Shown: piece by piece, positions 41,548 to 51,313 of the stretch
Position numbering within the stretch: position 1 is the first letter of the stretch
Layout of the letters: each line of letters opens with the position of its first letter
Origin: an uncultured Thermodesulfobacteriota bacterium
GTDB taxonomy: Bacteria > Desulfobacterota > WTBG01 > CAIYCZ01 > CAIRTM01
Length of the DNA stretch: 64,000 bases
Reading direction: 5' to 3'
NCBI GenBank assembly: GCA_964518865.1
Contig: CAZFIB010000012.1
Location: forward strand, 2,736 to 66,735
Position numbers and translations under genes: made by a program
The notes under the pieces: model-generated
Told to the model about the DNA's origin: nothing
What the model saw: only the letters and a program-made list of their open reading frames with translations
The model's database searches: none

Positions 41548-43434
41548 CTAACTGGTGCCCCTCAGGAAAAGTGCATGCCACAGCTGCACAAAGAATACAA
41601 CCGTAATAACACCCGAGTAATCGACTTTGGGGTTTGTTTCATGTTCGGACAGAATAAAATCGACAAAGCCCGGATTGAAACAGCCGGTCTGCCGGATGCT
41701 TCTGTTGCTGAGCAGCTCCCGCAGCAGGTCTCCGGCCGCATCCACAAACCACTTGCCGGGCGGCTGGAGCGGCTGTTTTTTTCTCGTGCAGATTTCACGG
41801 GGCAGCAGGCTGTGCATGCTGCGTTTCAGAATATGCTTTTCCGACAGGCCCTGTATTTTCAGGTGATGGGGGATTCTGAAAAAAAAGTCCACCAGCTCGT
41901 GATCGAGAAACAGCGGCCGCGCCTCAACCGAATTGGCCATGCTCATTTTATCCGACAGCGGCAGGGTCAGGTTCAGAAGGCGCATCCTGGTTTCGAAATA
42001 CAGGGCCTGGTCGATAAGGGGCCGGTGGGCGCAGGCCCGCGGATCGAAAAAGAACGGATTGGCAGGAGGCGCTTTGTCCAGCACGGCCTTGAAATCGGCC
42101 GAGTAGAGCTGGTCCTTCATCTGAAAGGCCTGAAACTGATACGGCAGGGCCGGGTGCAGAACCGGAAAGCGGTTGCGGATGTTTGTCAGATAGACATACT
42201 GGGCTGCCGCGTCCTCCGAATCCTGCAAATGCGGATAGATGCCGCGCAAAAGGTTTTTGCGGAACGGTGTTTCGTTTTTTCCGATGAACGCCATGGCTTT
42301 CAGCAGCTTGAAGTAATCGTAGCCCCCGAGCACCTCGTCGGCCCCGTCTCCGGTAAGCACCACTTTTATACCGCGTTCCCGTGTTTTTTTCGACAGAAGA
42401 AACAGGGGCAGATTGAGCAGCGTGACCAGCGGATTTTCCAGAAAGTATACGAGGCGCTGTATGTCGTCCTGAGAAACGCTGCAGCAAAACTCTTCGTTGT
42501 CGGTGCCGAAATAGCGGGCCACGCTTCGCGAAAAGCGGGATTCATCATACCCGGCCTGGTCGAAGGTAATGGTGATGGTTTTGACCGAGGCGTCCGCGTT
42601 TCTGGCGTACATGCCGGTTACGGCGCTCGAGTCTATGCCGCCGCTCAGGTATGCGGCTACCGGCACATCGGCGACAATGCTCTGGCGAACCGACTGCTCG
42701 AAACGGGATGCGAGCTCCGCGGCGATGTCGTCGGCATCCGCCGCGAGCGGCCCGGCAGTGAGGTCGATATCCCAGTACTGTTTGCGCTCTATGCCCCGAT
42801 CGGAAACAAGAAGCCAGTGGCCGGGCAGGACCTGCTGGATGTTTTCAAAAAACGTGTGCGGTGCGAGATTGAATCCGTAGGTGAGCATTGTATCGACGGC
42901 CTGCGGATGCAGGGCGCGCTGCACGCGGGGGTGCTGCAGCAGCGCCTTGATTTCAGAGGCGAACAGGATGGTGGAATCGGGCAGGGTGCACAGGTAGAGC
43001 GGCTTTATGCCGAACCGGTCGCGCGCCAGAAAAAGACGGTTTTTTTTCAGGTCGCGGATGCAGAAGGCGAACATGCCCTTCAGCCGCGCCAGGCAGTTTT
43101 TGCCCCAGGTGCGGAAGGCGGCAAGCACGACCTCGGTATCCGTCTTTGTTTTGAAGGCGCAGCCCTGGTCCTCGAGCTCTTTGCGAAGGGCCCGGTAATT
43201 ATAAATCTCTCCGTTGAAAACGATACATGCTTTTTTGTCGGGGGTATAAATCGGCTGGGCGCCTGATTCAAGATCGATGATGCTCAGGCGGCGCGCGGCC
43301 AGGTGCGAGCAGGCGTCCATGTGGATACCCTCAGCATCGGGCCCCCGGTGAGCGATAGCTGCCGACATGGCCTTTATTATCCGTTTTCCTGTATCAAGGC
43401 CGTTTTTATTGTATATCCCGGCTATTCCGCACAT
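41548..43434 (-). CDS. asnB: Asparagine synthase (glutamine-hydrolyzing) family amidotransferase
   Basis: MCGIAG, HRGPD, RLSIID, FNGEIYN, LSGGIDSS, TGDGADE. Confidence 0.88.
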   Translation of the reverse strand: MCGIAGIYNKNGLDTGKRIIKAMSAAIAHRGPDAEGIHMDACSHLAARRLSIIDLESGAQPIYTPDKKACIVFNGEIYNYRALRKELEDQGCAFKTKTDTEVVLAAFRTWGKNCLARLKGMFAFCIRDLKKNRLFLARDRFGIKPLYLCTLPDSTILFASEIKALLQHPRVQRALHPQAVDTMLTYGFNLAPHTFFENIQQVLPGHWLLVSDRGIERKQYWDIDLTAGPLAADADDIAAELASRFEQSVRQSIVADVPVAAYLSGGIDSSAVTGMYARNADASVKTITITFDQAGYDESRFSRSVARYFGTDNEEFCCSVSQDDIQRLVYFLENPLVTLLNLPLFLLSKKTRERGIKVVLTGDGADEVLGGYDYFKLLKAMAFIGKNETPFRKNLLRGIYPHLQDSEDAAAQYVYLTNIRNRFPVLHPALPYQFQAFQMKDQLYSADFKAVLDKAPPANPFFFDPRACAHRPLIDQALYFETRMRLLNLTLPLSDKMSMANSVEARPLFLDHELVDFFFRIPHHLKIQGLSEKHILKRSMHSLLPREICTRKKQPLQPPGKWFVDAAGDLLRELLSNRSIRQTGCFNPGFVDFILSEHETNPKVDYSGVITVVFFVQLWHALFLRGTS

Positions 43435-43639
43435 GATCGTACGTTATAAAAGTGTTGAGAAAAAATCAAGTCATTTGTTAATATTTATTAAAATTATTAA
43501 AATATATAGAAATTGTGTTTTTAACTTACAATTAAATTGTTATTTATGCTTATTTAATTATCATGGTCTATAATTTACATAAAAAACTAATTATTTACAC
43601 AAGCATAACCATTTCATAACACAGGAAAGGAGGTGCAGC

Positions 43640-43804
43640 ATGAATAAACTTCTTGAACAGCTGATAATTCTGTTGCTGTTTGCGCTGATGGGGCTGCCGG
43701 TAACCTCATGGGTTAACCGTACAGCCGGCTCTGAGGACGTTTACGGCTCCGTTTATTGTTACGACGTACAGCCGGTTCCCCCCTTCAGCTTCGAGCTGCC
43801 CTAA
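43640..43804 (+). CDS. Unannotated 54-aa small protein with a hydrophobic N-terminus
   Basis: SD AAGGAGGT; MNKLLEQLIILLLFALMGLPVTSWVNRTAGSEDVYGSVYCYDVQPVPPFSFELP*. Below the ORF-track length cutoff. Confidence 0.65.
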   Translation: MNKLLEQLIILLLFALMGLPVTSWVNRTAGSEDVYGSVYCYDVQPVPPFSFELP

Positions 43805-43947
43805 AACCTTTATCTATTCTTCAGTAGTCCTGAAAACATTCTGATTGACGAAAGAAACGGAAAGAGAAAAACAGACGGCCGAAGCGGGGCGGGTACAGGA
43901 GCACGGACAGCGGAAGCTGACCGGTGATGCACAGGCGGCACATACAG

Positions 43948-43980
43948 GAGAGCCCTGCAGGGTGTCTCCGCAGGGCTCTC
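43948..43980 (-). terminator. Hairpin downstream of the carboxyltransferase gene
   Basis: gagagccctgc..gcagggctctc; weak U-tract. Confidence 0.5.
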
Positions 43981-44004
43981 GTAAGTGCAAACAGTACCGG
44001 GATA

Positions 44005-45558
44005 TCAGCAGGGGATATTGCCGTGCTTCTTGGCCGGACGGGCCTCACGCTTGTTGCGCATGGCATCAAGAGAGCGGCACAGGACTTTTCTTGTATCCTT
44101 CGGATCGAGAATGTCGTCCACATAGCCGCGCGTGCCGGCAATATAGGGATTTGAAAAAAGTTCTTCGTATTCCTGGATTTTTTCAGCGCGCTTGGCCTTG
44201 GGATCCTCGGCGGATTTTATCTCTTTGCGGTGGATTATATTGGCAGCTCCTGCAGCGCCCATAACGGCGATTTCAGAGGACGGCCAGGCATACACGAAGT
44301 CGGAACCCAGGTGCTTGCTGCACATGGCGATGTAGGCGCCGCCGTATGCCTTGCGGGTAATAAGGGTCATTTTCGGAACGGTGGCCTCGGAGTAGCACCA
44401 CAGCAGCTTGGCGCCGTGACGAATAATGCCGCTCCACTCCTGGTCGCATCCCGGCATGTATCCGGGTACGTCGACAACGGTCAGCAGCGGGATATTGAAA
44501 GCGTCGCAGAACCGTATAAAGCGGGTTGCCTTGTCCGAGGCATCGACATCGAGCGCGCCGCCCAGCACGCTGGGCTGGTTGGCTATGATGCCGATGACGT
44601 CACCGTTGAGACGGGCAAAACAGACGACGATGTTCCGGGCGAAATGCTCATGGGGTTCGAAAATAACGCCCTTGTCGACGATCGTGCGGATGACGTTTTT
44701 TATGTCGTAGGCCTGGTTGGGCTCGTCGGGGACAAGTGACTCGAGCTCCGGGCACGCGCGCTCCGGGCTGTCGCCGGTTTCGACACGGGGCGGGTCCTCC
44801 ATGTTGTTTGAGGGGATGTAGGAGAGCAGCTCCTTTATGAGGTCAAGCGCGTGCTCGTCGTTTTCGGCGGCGAACTGCGAAACGCCGCTTTTGGTGTTGT
44901 GCACCATCGCACCGCCGAGCTCTTCATGCGTTACCTCTTCGCCCATGACGGCCTTTACCACTTCCGGGCCGGTAATGTACATGTAACTTGAGTTTTTGAC
45001 CATAATGATCCAGTCGGTCATGGCCGGCGAATACACGGCCCCGCCGGCGGTAGGGCCCATAATACAGGTAATCTGGGGTATGACGCCCGAGGAGAGCGAG
45101 TTGCGGTAGAATATTTCACCGAAGCCGAACAGCGAGTCGATGCCCTCCTGAATGCGCGCACCGCCCGAGTCGTTGAGCCCGACGCAGGGGCAGCCCGCTT
45201 TAGCGGCAAGGTCCTGAATTTTGGTTATTTTTTTTGCGTGCATTTCACCCAGCGATCCGCCGCGGGCCGTGAAGTCCTGGGCAAATACATAGACCGTGCG
45301 GCCGTTCACCCTGCCGAACCCGGTAATGACACCGTCGGCGGGAATATCGGTCTTGGGCATGGTAAAGTAACCGCAGCGGTGCTTTACGAACATGTCGATT
45401 TCCTGAAACGTTCCGGGATCGAAAAAACAGTTTATTCTGTCCCGGGCGGTCATCTTTCCCTTGGATGTCTGACTTGCAACCGCTTTTTCTCCGCCCATAC
45501 GGGCAATTTTCTCTTTTCGGGCTTTCAGGTCCTCTATTTTTTCGCTTATCTTTCCCAT
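44005..45558 (-). CDS. Acyl-CoA carboxylase beta / methylmalonyl-CoA carboxyltransferase subunit
   Basis: GKMTARDRI, DSGGARIQEG, GGAVYSPA, RKAYGGAY, KKHGNIP. Confidence 0.95.
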   Translation of the reverse strand: MGKISEKIEDLKARKEKIARMGGEKAVASQTSKGKMTARDRINCFFDPGTFQEIDMFVKHRCGYFTMPKTDIPADGVITGFGRVNGRTVYVFAQDFTARGGSLGEMHAKKITKIQDLAAKAGCPCVGLNDSGGARIQEGIDSLFGFGEIFYRNSLSSGVIPQITCIMGPTAGGAVYSPAMTDWIIMVKNSSYMYITGPEVVKAVMGEEVTHEELGGAMVHNTKSGVSQFAAENDEHALDLIKELLSYIPSNNMEDPPRVETGDSPERACPELESLVPDEPNQAYDIKNVIRTIVDKGVIFEPHEHFARNIVVCFARLNGDVIGIIANQPSVLGGALDVDASDKATRFIRFCDAFNIPLLTVVDVPGYMPGCDQEWSGIIRHGAKLLWCYSEATVPKMTLITRKAYGGAYIAMCSKHLGSDFVYAWPSSEIAVMGAAGAANIIHRKEIKSAEDPKAKRAEKIQEYEELFSNPYIAGTRGYVDDILDPKDTRKVLCRSLDAMRNKREARPAKKHGNIPC

Positions 45559-45665
45559 TAACCTTCTCCTTTCATTAGACGCGGTAGCGGTTATCTTTCA
45601 TATATCGTACGAGTAAGGGTGCATAGTATACCCTATCAGGCAGTTTAGTCAAGAAAAACAGGGTG

Positions 45666-46583
45666 TTAAAGGGATTCGGGACCGCCGTCGCGCTCTTCTG
45701 CCTCCCACCGGCGCAGGGTGCGCGCTGCAGCGCGTTTTTTCCTGAAATAGCTGCAGATAAAAATGATGCCTGCCCCGAACCACAGTGCGCCGGAGCTTGT
45801 CAGGATCGGTATCCAGCTGAAGCGAAGGTGCAGGTAGTCGAGCCAGCGCTCCTCCAGAAGCGACCAGCTGATGCGGTACGCGCTCAGAATGGCGTGCTCG
45901 AAGTCGCGGCTGCGATAATAATTGTCCAGAAAGAGCCGAAAGGCATCCGGACCGAATTCACCCTTGAGAAACGATATGAAATAAAAACTCTGGCAGTAGG
46001 CGATTTTCGCCTTGCGCAGGTCGGCCGGAAACGATTGGGCAAGGCTGTCCATGGGAAGCAGCGAGTCTGAAAGCACGGCGAACGTCATGGTGGAGAGCCT
46101 GCTCATGTTCCACTCGCGCGCCTGAATCATGGCGAGCCCTTCATTGAGCCAGCGGGGAATGCGGTGGGTGCCGCCGAAGGCGCGGCCCAGCAGAATATGG
46201 GTTGCTTCGTGGCGGAACAGCTTGAGAAGATCAGCGCCCGGGCTTAGACAGAGAACAATCAAATTCTTTTCCGCGTAGGCAACACCCGCAGCCCAGTGCG
46301 GTACCCGCGCGCCCGCAGGCTGCAGGCGCTCAAAGGCCTGCCGATCGGATGTGAGGGCAACGGTTATGCGCGGGCCGGGCCTGAGCCCGAGCAGGTGGCC
46401 TGCCTCCTCCACGGCGGCATCGGCATGCGATGCCAGCCACCGCGCAGCGTCGGCATCCTGCGGCTCATGCGTGATAACACAGTGCCCGGTTTCTATACGT
46501 CCCGCTCCGCCGCCGCCCCGTGCCGCGGGCAGCCACAGCAGAAGCAGGCACAAAATGGTCAGGGCACCGGCAGCCGGGCGCAA
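45666..46583 (-). CDS. Peptidase MA-like zinc metalloprotease, exported with a C-terminal TM
   Basis: HEATH, PRWLNEGLA. Start uncertain; TTG 46583 avoids overlap with polA. Confidence 0.8.
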   Translation of the reverse strand: MRPAAGALTILCLLLLWLPAARGGGGAGRIETGHCVITHEPQDADAARWLASHADAAVEEAGHLLGLRPGPRITVALTSDRQAFERLQPAGARVPHWAAGVAYAEKNLIVLCLSPGADLLKLFRHEATHILLGRAFGGTHRIPRWLNEGLAMIQAREWNMSRLSTMTFAVLSDSLLPMDSLAQSFPADLRKAKIAYCQSFYFISFLKGEFGPDAFRLFLDNYYRSRDFEHAILSAYRISWSLLEERWLDYLHLRFSWIPILTSSGALWFGAGIIFICSYFRKKRAAARTLRRWEAEERDGGPESL

Positions 46584-46659
46584 TTTCTTTTGACTGCAAA
46601 AAGGTTTTAGGATACCTTTGACGGGTGTCAGCACAGCTCCTAACTGCTCTGTAAAAATC

Positions 46660-49323
46660 ATGCCGAAAGAAAGACTGTTCCTCATTGATTCCAGCGCGTA
46701 CTTTTACCGGGCGTTTTTTGCGCTGCCCCGGCTGACGACCTCCACGGGTTTTCCCACCAATGCCATTTACGGCTTTACCACCATGCTGCAGAAACTTCTG
46801 AACGACCACGCGCCCGAGTTTATCGCAGCGGTATTCGACTGCCCGGAGCCGACCTTCAGGCATGAGGCCTACGCCGACTATAAAGCAAACCGGGAGGAGA
46901 TGCCAGACAATTTGTCGGTACAGATACCGCACATGAAGGAAGTGACCGCGGCCTTCGGCATAGCTGCCGTGGAGAAGCCCGGATTCGAGGCCGACGATGT
47001 TATCGGAACCCTGGCGAGGCAGGCTGCCCGGGACGGTTCGGACGTGGTTATCGTAAGCGGGGACAAGGACCTGCTTCAGCTCGTGGGGCCGCATGTCACG
47101 GTTCTCGATACCATGAAAGACCGGGTCTTCGACCGTGCGGCGGTCGAGAAAAAATACGGGCTCGGCCCTGAGAAGCTTATCGATATGTTCGGGCTTGTGG
47201 GCGACGCGGTCGACAATGTTCCGGGTGTTCCGGGAGTCGGCCCCAAAACCGCAGCCCGCCTGCTCGAGCGCTTCGGCAGCATCGACGCTGTGTATGAAAA
47301 CCTCGAAAGCATCACACAGAAAAAGCTCAAGGAGTCGCTTGCGGAGCACAGAGATCAGGCGTTGCTGAGCAGGCAGCTGGTTACGATCGACTGCAGTGTC
47401 GGGCTCGAGTGTTCCTGGAAATCATTCAAAGCAATGCCGCCGGACCAGGAGGCCCTGCGGCGATTCTTCCGGGAATACGAATTCACCCGCCTGCTCAAAA
47501 CCCTGGACGCCGGAAGTCCGGCAGCCGAAAAGAACTACCGGCTGCTGACAGAGCCGGGTGATATCCGGGCCCTGCTGGAAACGCTCCGCGCGCTGGGGCG
47601 GTTTACGCTCGATATCGAAACGACCTCCGAGCAGCCCATGCTGGCGGAAATCGTGGGCATCTCCTTTGCCTGGCAGGACCATGACGCCTGCTACGTTCCG
47701 CTTGCCCACCAGGGCCTTGCCCGGCAGCCGGATGCAGATGCCTTCCTTGCGCAGCTGAAGCCGATTCTGGAAGACGAAACCGTCAAAAAGACCGGTCACA
47801 ATATCAAGTATGAATACATCGTTCTCAAGCGCCGGGGCATCACGCTGCGCGGCATCGCCTGCGATACCATGGTCGCCTCCTACGTTCTCAACCCCTCAAA
47901 ATACCGGCACAACCTTGACGATGTGGCCCTTGACATTCTCGATCACCGCATGATCTCCTTTAAAGACGTTGCGGGCACGGGGAAAAAAGCCGTAACCTTC
48001 GACCGGGTTCCCATCGAGCGCGCAACGGAATATGCCTGTGAGGATTCGGATATCACCTGCATGCTTGCCGGCCGGCTGCTGCCGCGCATACGCAGTGAGG
48101 GGTTCGAGAGCCTTTATTACGAAATGGAAATGCCGCTGGTTCCCGTGCTTGCAACAATGGAAATGGCGGGCGTAAAGCTCGACACCGATCACCTGCGCGC
48201 GCTGTCGGTTGAGTTCAACAGCGCGCTGAAAAACCTCGAGGAGAAAATCTACGGGCTGGCAGGCCAGGAGTTCAACATCAACTCGCCCCGGCAACTGGGG
48301 GGTGTCCTGTTTGAAAAGCTTGGACTGCCGGTTCTCAAGAAAACAAAAACAGGCTATGCCACGGATGTCGGCACGCTCACCGAGCTGTCAAAGCAGCATG
48401 CGCTGCCGGCAGAGGTGCTTGCCTACCGTGGCTTTGCAAAGCTGATTTCAACCTATATCGATGCAATGCCGGCGCTGCTGAACCCCGTCACGGGCCGCAT
48501 TCACACCTCCTACAACCAGACCGTCACGGCAACCGGGCGACTCAGCTCGAGCGATCCCAACCTGCAGAACATTCCCATCAGAACCCAGGAGGGACGCCGT
48601 ATCCGGGAAGCCTTTATCACCGAGCCGGGCTGGCAGCTCCTGTCGGCCGACTACTCACAGATCGAGCTGCGGATTCTGGCGCACCTCTCCGAAGACGCCA
48701 CGCTCATCGACGGATTTTTGAAGAACGAGGATATTCACGCGCGCACCGCATCGGAAATCTGGGGCGTGGCCCCTGCAGCTGTCGGCGCCGACATGCGGCG
48801 GGATGCCAAGGTCATCAACTTCGGCATCATTTACGGCATGAGCGCGTTCGGCCTCAGCAACGAGCTCGGCATCGCACCGGGCACGGCCCAGGAGTACATC
48901 GACAGCTACTTTGCCCGCTACAGCAGCGTGCAGAGCTATTTTGACGGCATTCTCGAGCAGGCGCGCACAGCTGGATATGTCGAGACCCTGATGAAGCGGC
49001 GGCGCTACCTCCCCGACATATCGGCCGGCAACAACAACGTGCGCAGATTCGCCGAGCGCACCGCCATCAATGCGCCCATACAGGGCACGGCCGCCGACCT
49101 GATAAAAATAGCCATGATACGGCTGGCGCGCATTATCGGGCAGGAGAACCTGCGGGCCCGCATGATCATGCAGGTGCACGACGAGCTTGTGTTCGAGGCT
49201 CCGGAGGAGGAGCGGCGGCGCCTTGAAACCATAGTGCGCGAAGAAATGGAGGGAGTGCTTGCACTGCGGGTGCCGCTGAAAGTCGATCTGCACTGGGGCC
49301 GCACCTGGCGGGAGGCGCACTGA
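46660..49323 (+). CDS. polA: DNA polymerase I
   Basis: 5'-3' exonuclease EADDVIGTL, 3'-5' exonuclease DIET, polymerase motifs DYSQIELR, KVINFGIIYG, QVHDEL. Confidence 0.98.
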   Translation: MPKERLFLIDSSAYFYRAFFALPRLTTSTGFPTNAIYGFTTMLQKLLNDHAPEFIAAVFDCPEPTFRHEAYADYKANREEMPDNLSVQIPHMKEVTAAFGIAAVEKPGFEADDVIGTLARQAARDGSDVVIVSGDKDLLQLVGPHVTVLDTMKDRVFDRAAVEKKYGLGPEKLIDMFGLVGDAVDNVPGVPGVGPKTAARLLERFGSIDAVYENLESITQKKLKESLAEHRDQALLSRQLVTIDCSVGLECSWKSFKAMPPDQEALRRFFREYEFTRLLKTLDAGSPAAEKNYRLLTEPGDIRALLETLRALGRFTLDIETTSEQPMLAEIVGISFAWQDHDACYVPLAHQGLARQPDADAFLAQLKPILEDETVKKTGHNIKYEYIVLKRRGITLRGIACDTMVASYVLNPSKYRHNLDDVALDILDHRMISFKDVAGTGKKAVTFDRVPIERATEYACEDSDITCMLAGRLLPRIRSEGFESLYYEMEMPLVPVLATMEMAGVKLDTDHLRALSVEFNSALKNLEEKIYGLAGQEFNINSPRQLGGVLFEKLGLPVLKKTKTGYATDVGTLTELSKQHALPAEVLAYRGFAKLISTYIDAMPALLNPVTGRIHTSYNQTVTATGRLSSSDPNLQNIPIRTQEGRRIREAFITEPGWQLLSADYSQIELRILAHLSEDATLIDGFLKNEDIHARTASEIWGVAPAAVGADMRRDAKVINFGIIYGMSAFGLSNELGIAPGTAQEYIDSYFARYSSVQSYFDGILEQARTAGYVETLMKRRRYLPDISAGNNNVRRFAERTAINAPIQGTAADLIKIAMIRLARIIGQENLRARMIMQVHDELVFEAPEEERRRLETIVREEMEGVLALRVPLKVDLHWGRTWREAH

Positions 49324-49468
49324 AAAGCGGGCACCCCGTGGTTGTTTTCTGTGCAGCGGCTCGGACAGTGCCACCGCCGACTACTGCATTCCCGAAAGTA
49401 TCGAAGGGCTCGGCAGAGCATAAGAACACCGGTTACCCACACGTGAAGCGGGGTGTAAGTAAAAAAGC

Positions 49469-50815
49469 ATGAACAGCAAAAATATTCCGACCGAATACGT
49501 TGATTCGGGCAAATACATCGTCAGCGGCCCGGCGGAAAAAGTGCTTGCCGCATGTCTGGGAAGCTGTGTCGGCATAGCCGTGTTCGACCGCACCGCGCGG
49601 GTCGGCGGCCTGTATCATATCCTGCTTCCCGAGCCGCCGGGCACGGGACTGTACTGGCAGCGGGCCTGTTATGCCAGAACCGGACTGCCGGAATTCCTCG
49701 AGGATTTGTGCGCTGCCGGAGCGGACAAGCAGCGTTTGCAGGCGGTTGTGGGCGGCGGCGCCCTGGTGCGCCCTGTTTCAAAGCATGACTTTGATCTCGA
49801 TATCGGGGGGCGGACCGTCGAGACGGTGTTTGAAATACTGAACGAAAACGGCATTCCGATAAGGAAATCGGAGACCGGCGGCTATTTCGGCTGCCGCCTG
49901 TTGATGAACATGCAGAGCTTCACCACGAACATAGAGCCGCTGGGCATGCCCGAAACTGAGCCTGACAGCATACAGCAGCCGACACCCGAGGAAATCGATG
50001 CGGCAATTCAGCGGGTGCAGCCGATACCGCAGGCGGCCCTGAAGCTTATCCGCCGCATCAGCACCGGCGATTATACAATAGACGACATCACCGGCATCGT
50101 CCGCAACGATCAGGTCATCAGCGCGCGTATCATAAGCCTGTGCAACTCGGCCCTCTTCAGCCTGCCGTCCCGGGTCGATTCCATACAGCGGGCCCTGGTG
50201 CTTCTGGGGGAAAAGCAGCTTCTTCAGATAGCACTGATGGCATCGGTCGACCGGTACTTCAGTGAAGACGCGCAGGGCTACTCGCTGTGCCGGGGCGGGC
50301 TTTTCCACCACAGCATCCGCAGCGCCATGATATCGGCAGCGCTTGCCAGGATGTACGGCAGGATCGATGCGGATGCTGCATATACGGCCGGCCTGCTGCA
50401 CGATATCGGCAAGTCCGCGCTCGACCAGTACATTGCCGGTGCGTATCCGCAGTTCTACCGCGGGGTTCAGGAGGATGGCCGTGAGATGACGGCAGTCGAG
50501 CAGGATGTTCTCGGTATCACGCATGCCGAGGCGGGCAGGCGGCTCGCTGAGATGTGGTCGCTGCCCGGCAGCCTTATCGAGTGCATTGCCCGGCACCACG
50601 AGCCGGAGAAGGCGGAGTCGTACCCCGAACTGACAAGTATCGTCTACCTTGCAAATGTTATTCTGTGCCTGTTCAATCCCGGTGACGAGCTCGAGCGCAT
50701 AGACGCATCACGCATAGCCTCAAGCCTCGAGCGCCTGGGCCTGCACACCGACGAGTGGGCCCGCGTGATCAACAGCATTCCGCAGAATGTGTTTGTTCAG
50801 ACCATGCTTTTTTAG
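49469..50815 (+). CDS. CheD-like deamidase fused to an HDOD domain
   Basis: LGSCVGIAVFD..HILLP, GGA..IGGR; AYTAGLLHDIGK, HAEAG..W.LP..HH. Confidence 0.88.
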   Translation: MNSKNIPTEYVDSGKYIVSGPAEKVLAACLGSCVGIAVFDRTARVGGLYHILLPEPPGTGLYWQRACYARTGLPEFLEDLCAAGADKQRLQAVVGGGALVRPVSKHDFDLDIGGRTVETVFEILNENGIPIRKSETGGYFGCRLLMNMQSFTTNIEPLGMPETEPDSIQQPTPEEIDAAIQRVQPIPQAALKLIRRISTGDYTIDDITGIVRNDQVISARIISLCNSALFSLPSRVDSIQRALVLLGEKQLLQIALMASVDRYFSEDAQGYSLCRGGLFHHSIRSAMISAALARMYGRIDADAAYTAGLLHDIGKSALDQYIAGAYPQFYRGVQEDGREMTAVEQDVLGITHAEAGRRLAEMWSLPGSLIECIARHHEPEKAESYPELTSIVYLANVILCLFNPGDELERIDASRIASSLERLGLHTDEWARVINSIPQNVFVQTMLF

Positions 50816-51116
50816 CAAACTCCGGGGGCTGCCGATCCGCCTTGCCGCCGGTCACCAGCGGTGAGGAAAACACTGCACCGCCTGTTTCGACTTGCCCGGC
50901 ACGCTCACCCGTGCGTGAATGTACGCAGTAGACCTTCGTGTCGTCGCTGCCGAAATACACATGCCCGTCAGCCACCGCCGGCCACGATTTTACCCAGGCA
51001 TCTGTTGCAAACTCCCATACGGGGGTCACGCTCCGGCCGGTTTCTTCAGCCGCAGCAGGCCAGACGGAAAGAAACACGGCAGCACATAAGATGCTGAAAA
51101 TGACATATCGTTTCAT
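50769..51116 (-). pseudogene. Truncated PQQ-binding-like beta-propeller (BamB-type) protein
   Basis: Signal peptide plus ~1.5 blades (WEFAT..PAVADGHVYFGSDD), then an unrelated tail overlapping the convergent gene. Confidence 0.6.
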
Positions 51117-51313
51117 GGAAATTCCTTTCCGGGCATAATGGTTGCGGGATGCAATGACGCCTTCTGGTATATATTTTTTTTGTTAAAAACATGTTAATCC
51201 GCCTCGGTTTTGCAGTAAATATAAACAACGCTCAGGAACGCAATATACTGTAAAGAATACTCCGTGACGGACCGAAGTAGATATAATACCGGAGAACAGC
51301 CGATTCCGTGCCG

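Noticed and set aside
43640-43804. Canonical lasso peptide cluster
   Set aside because: No RRE or leader peptidase, AsnB retains its N-terminal Cys, and the ring register is poor. Kept only as a small-ORF finding.
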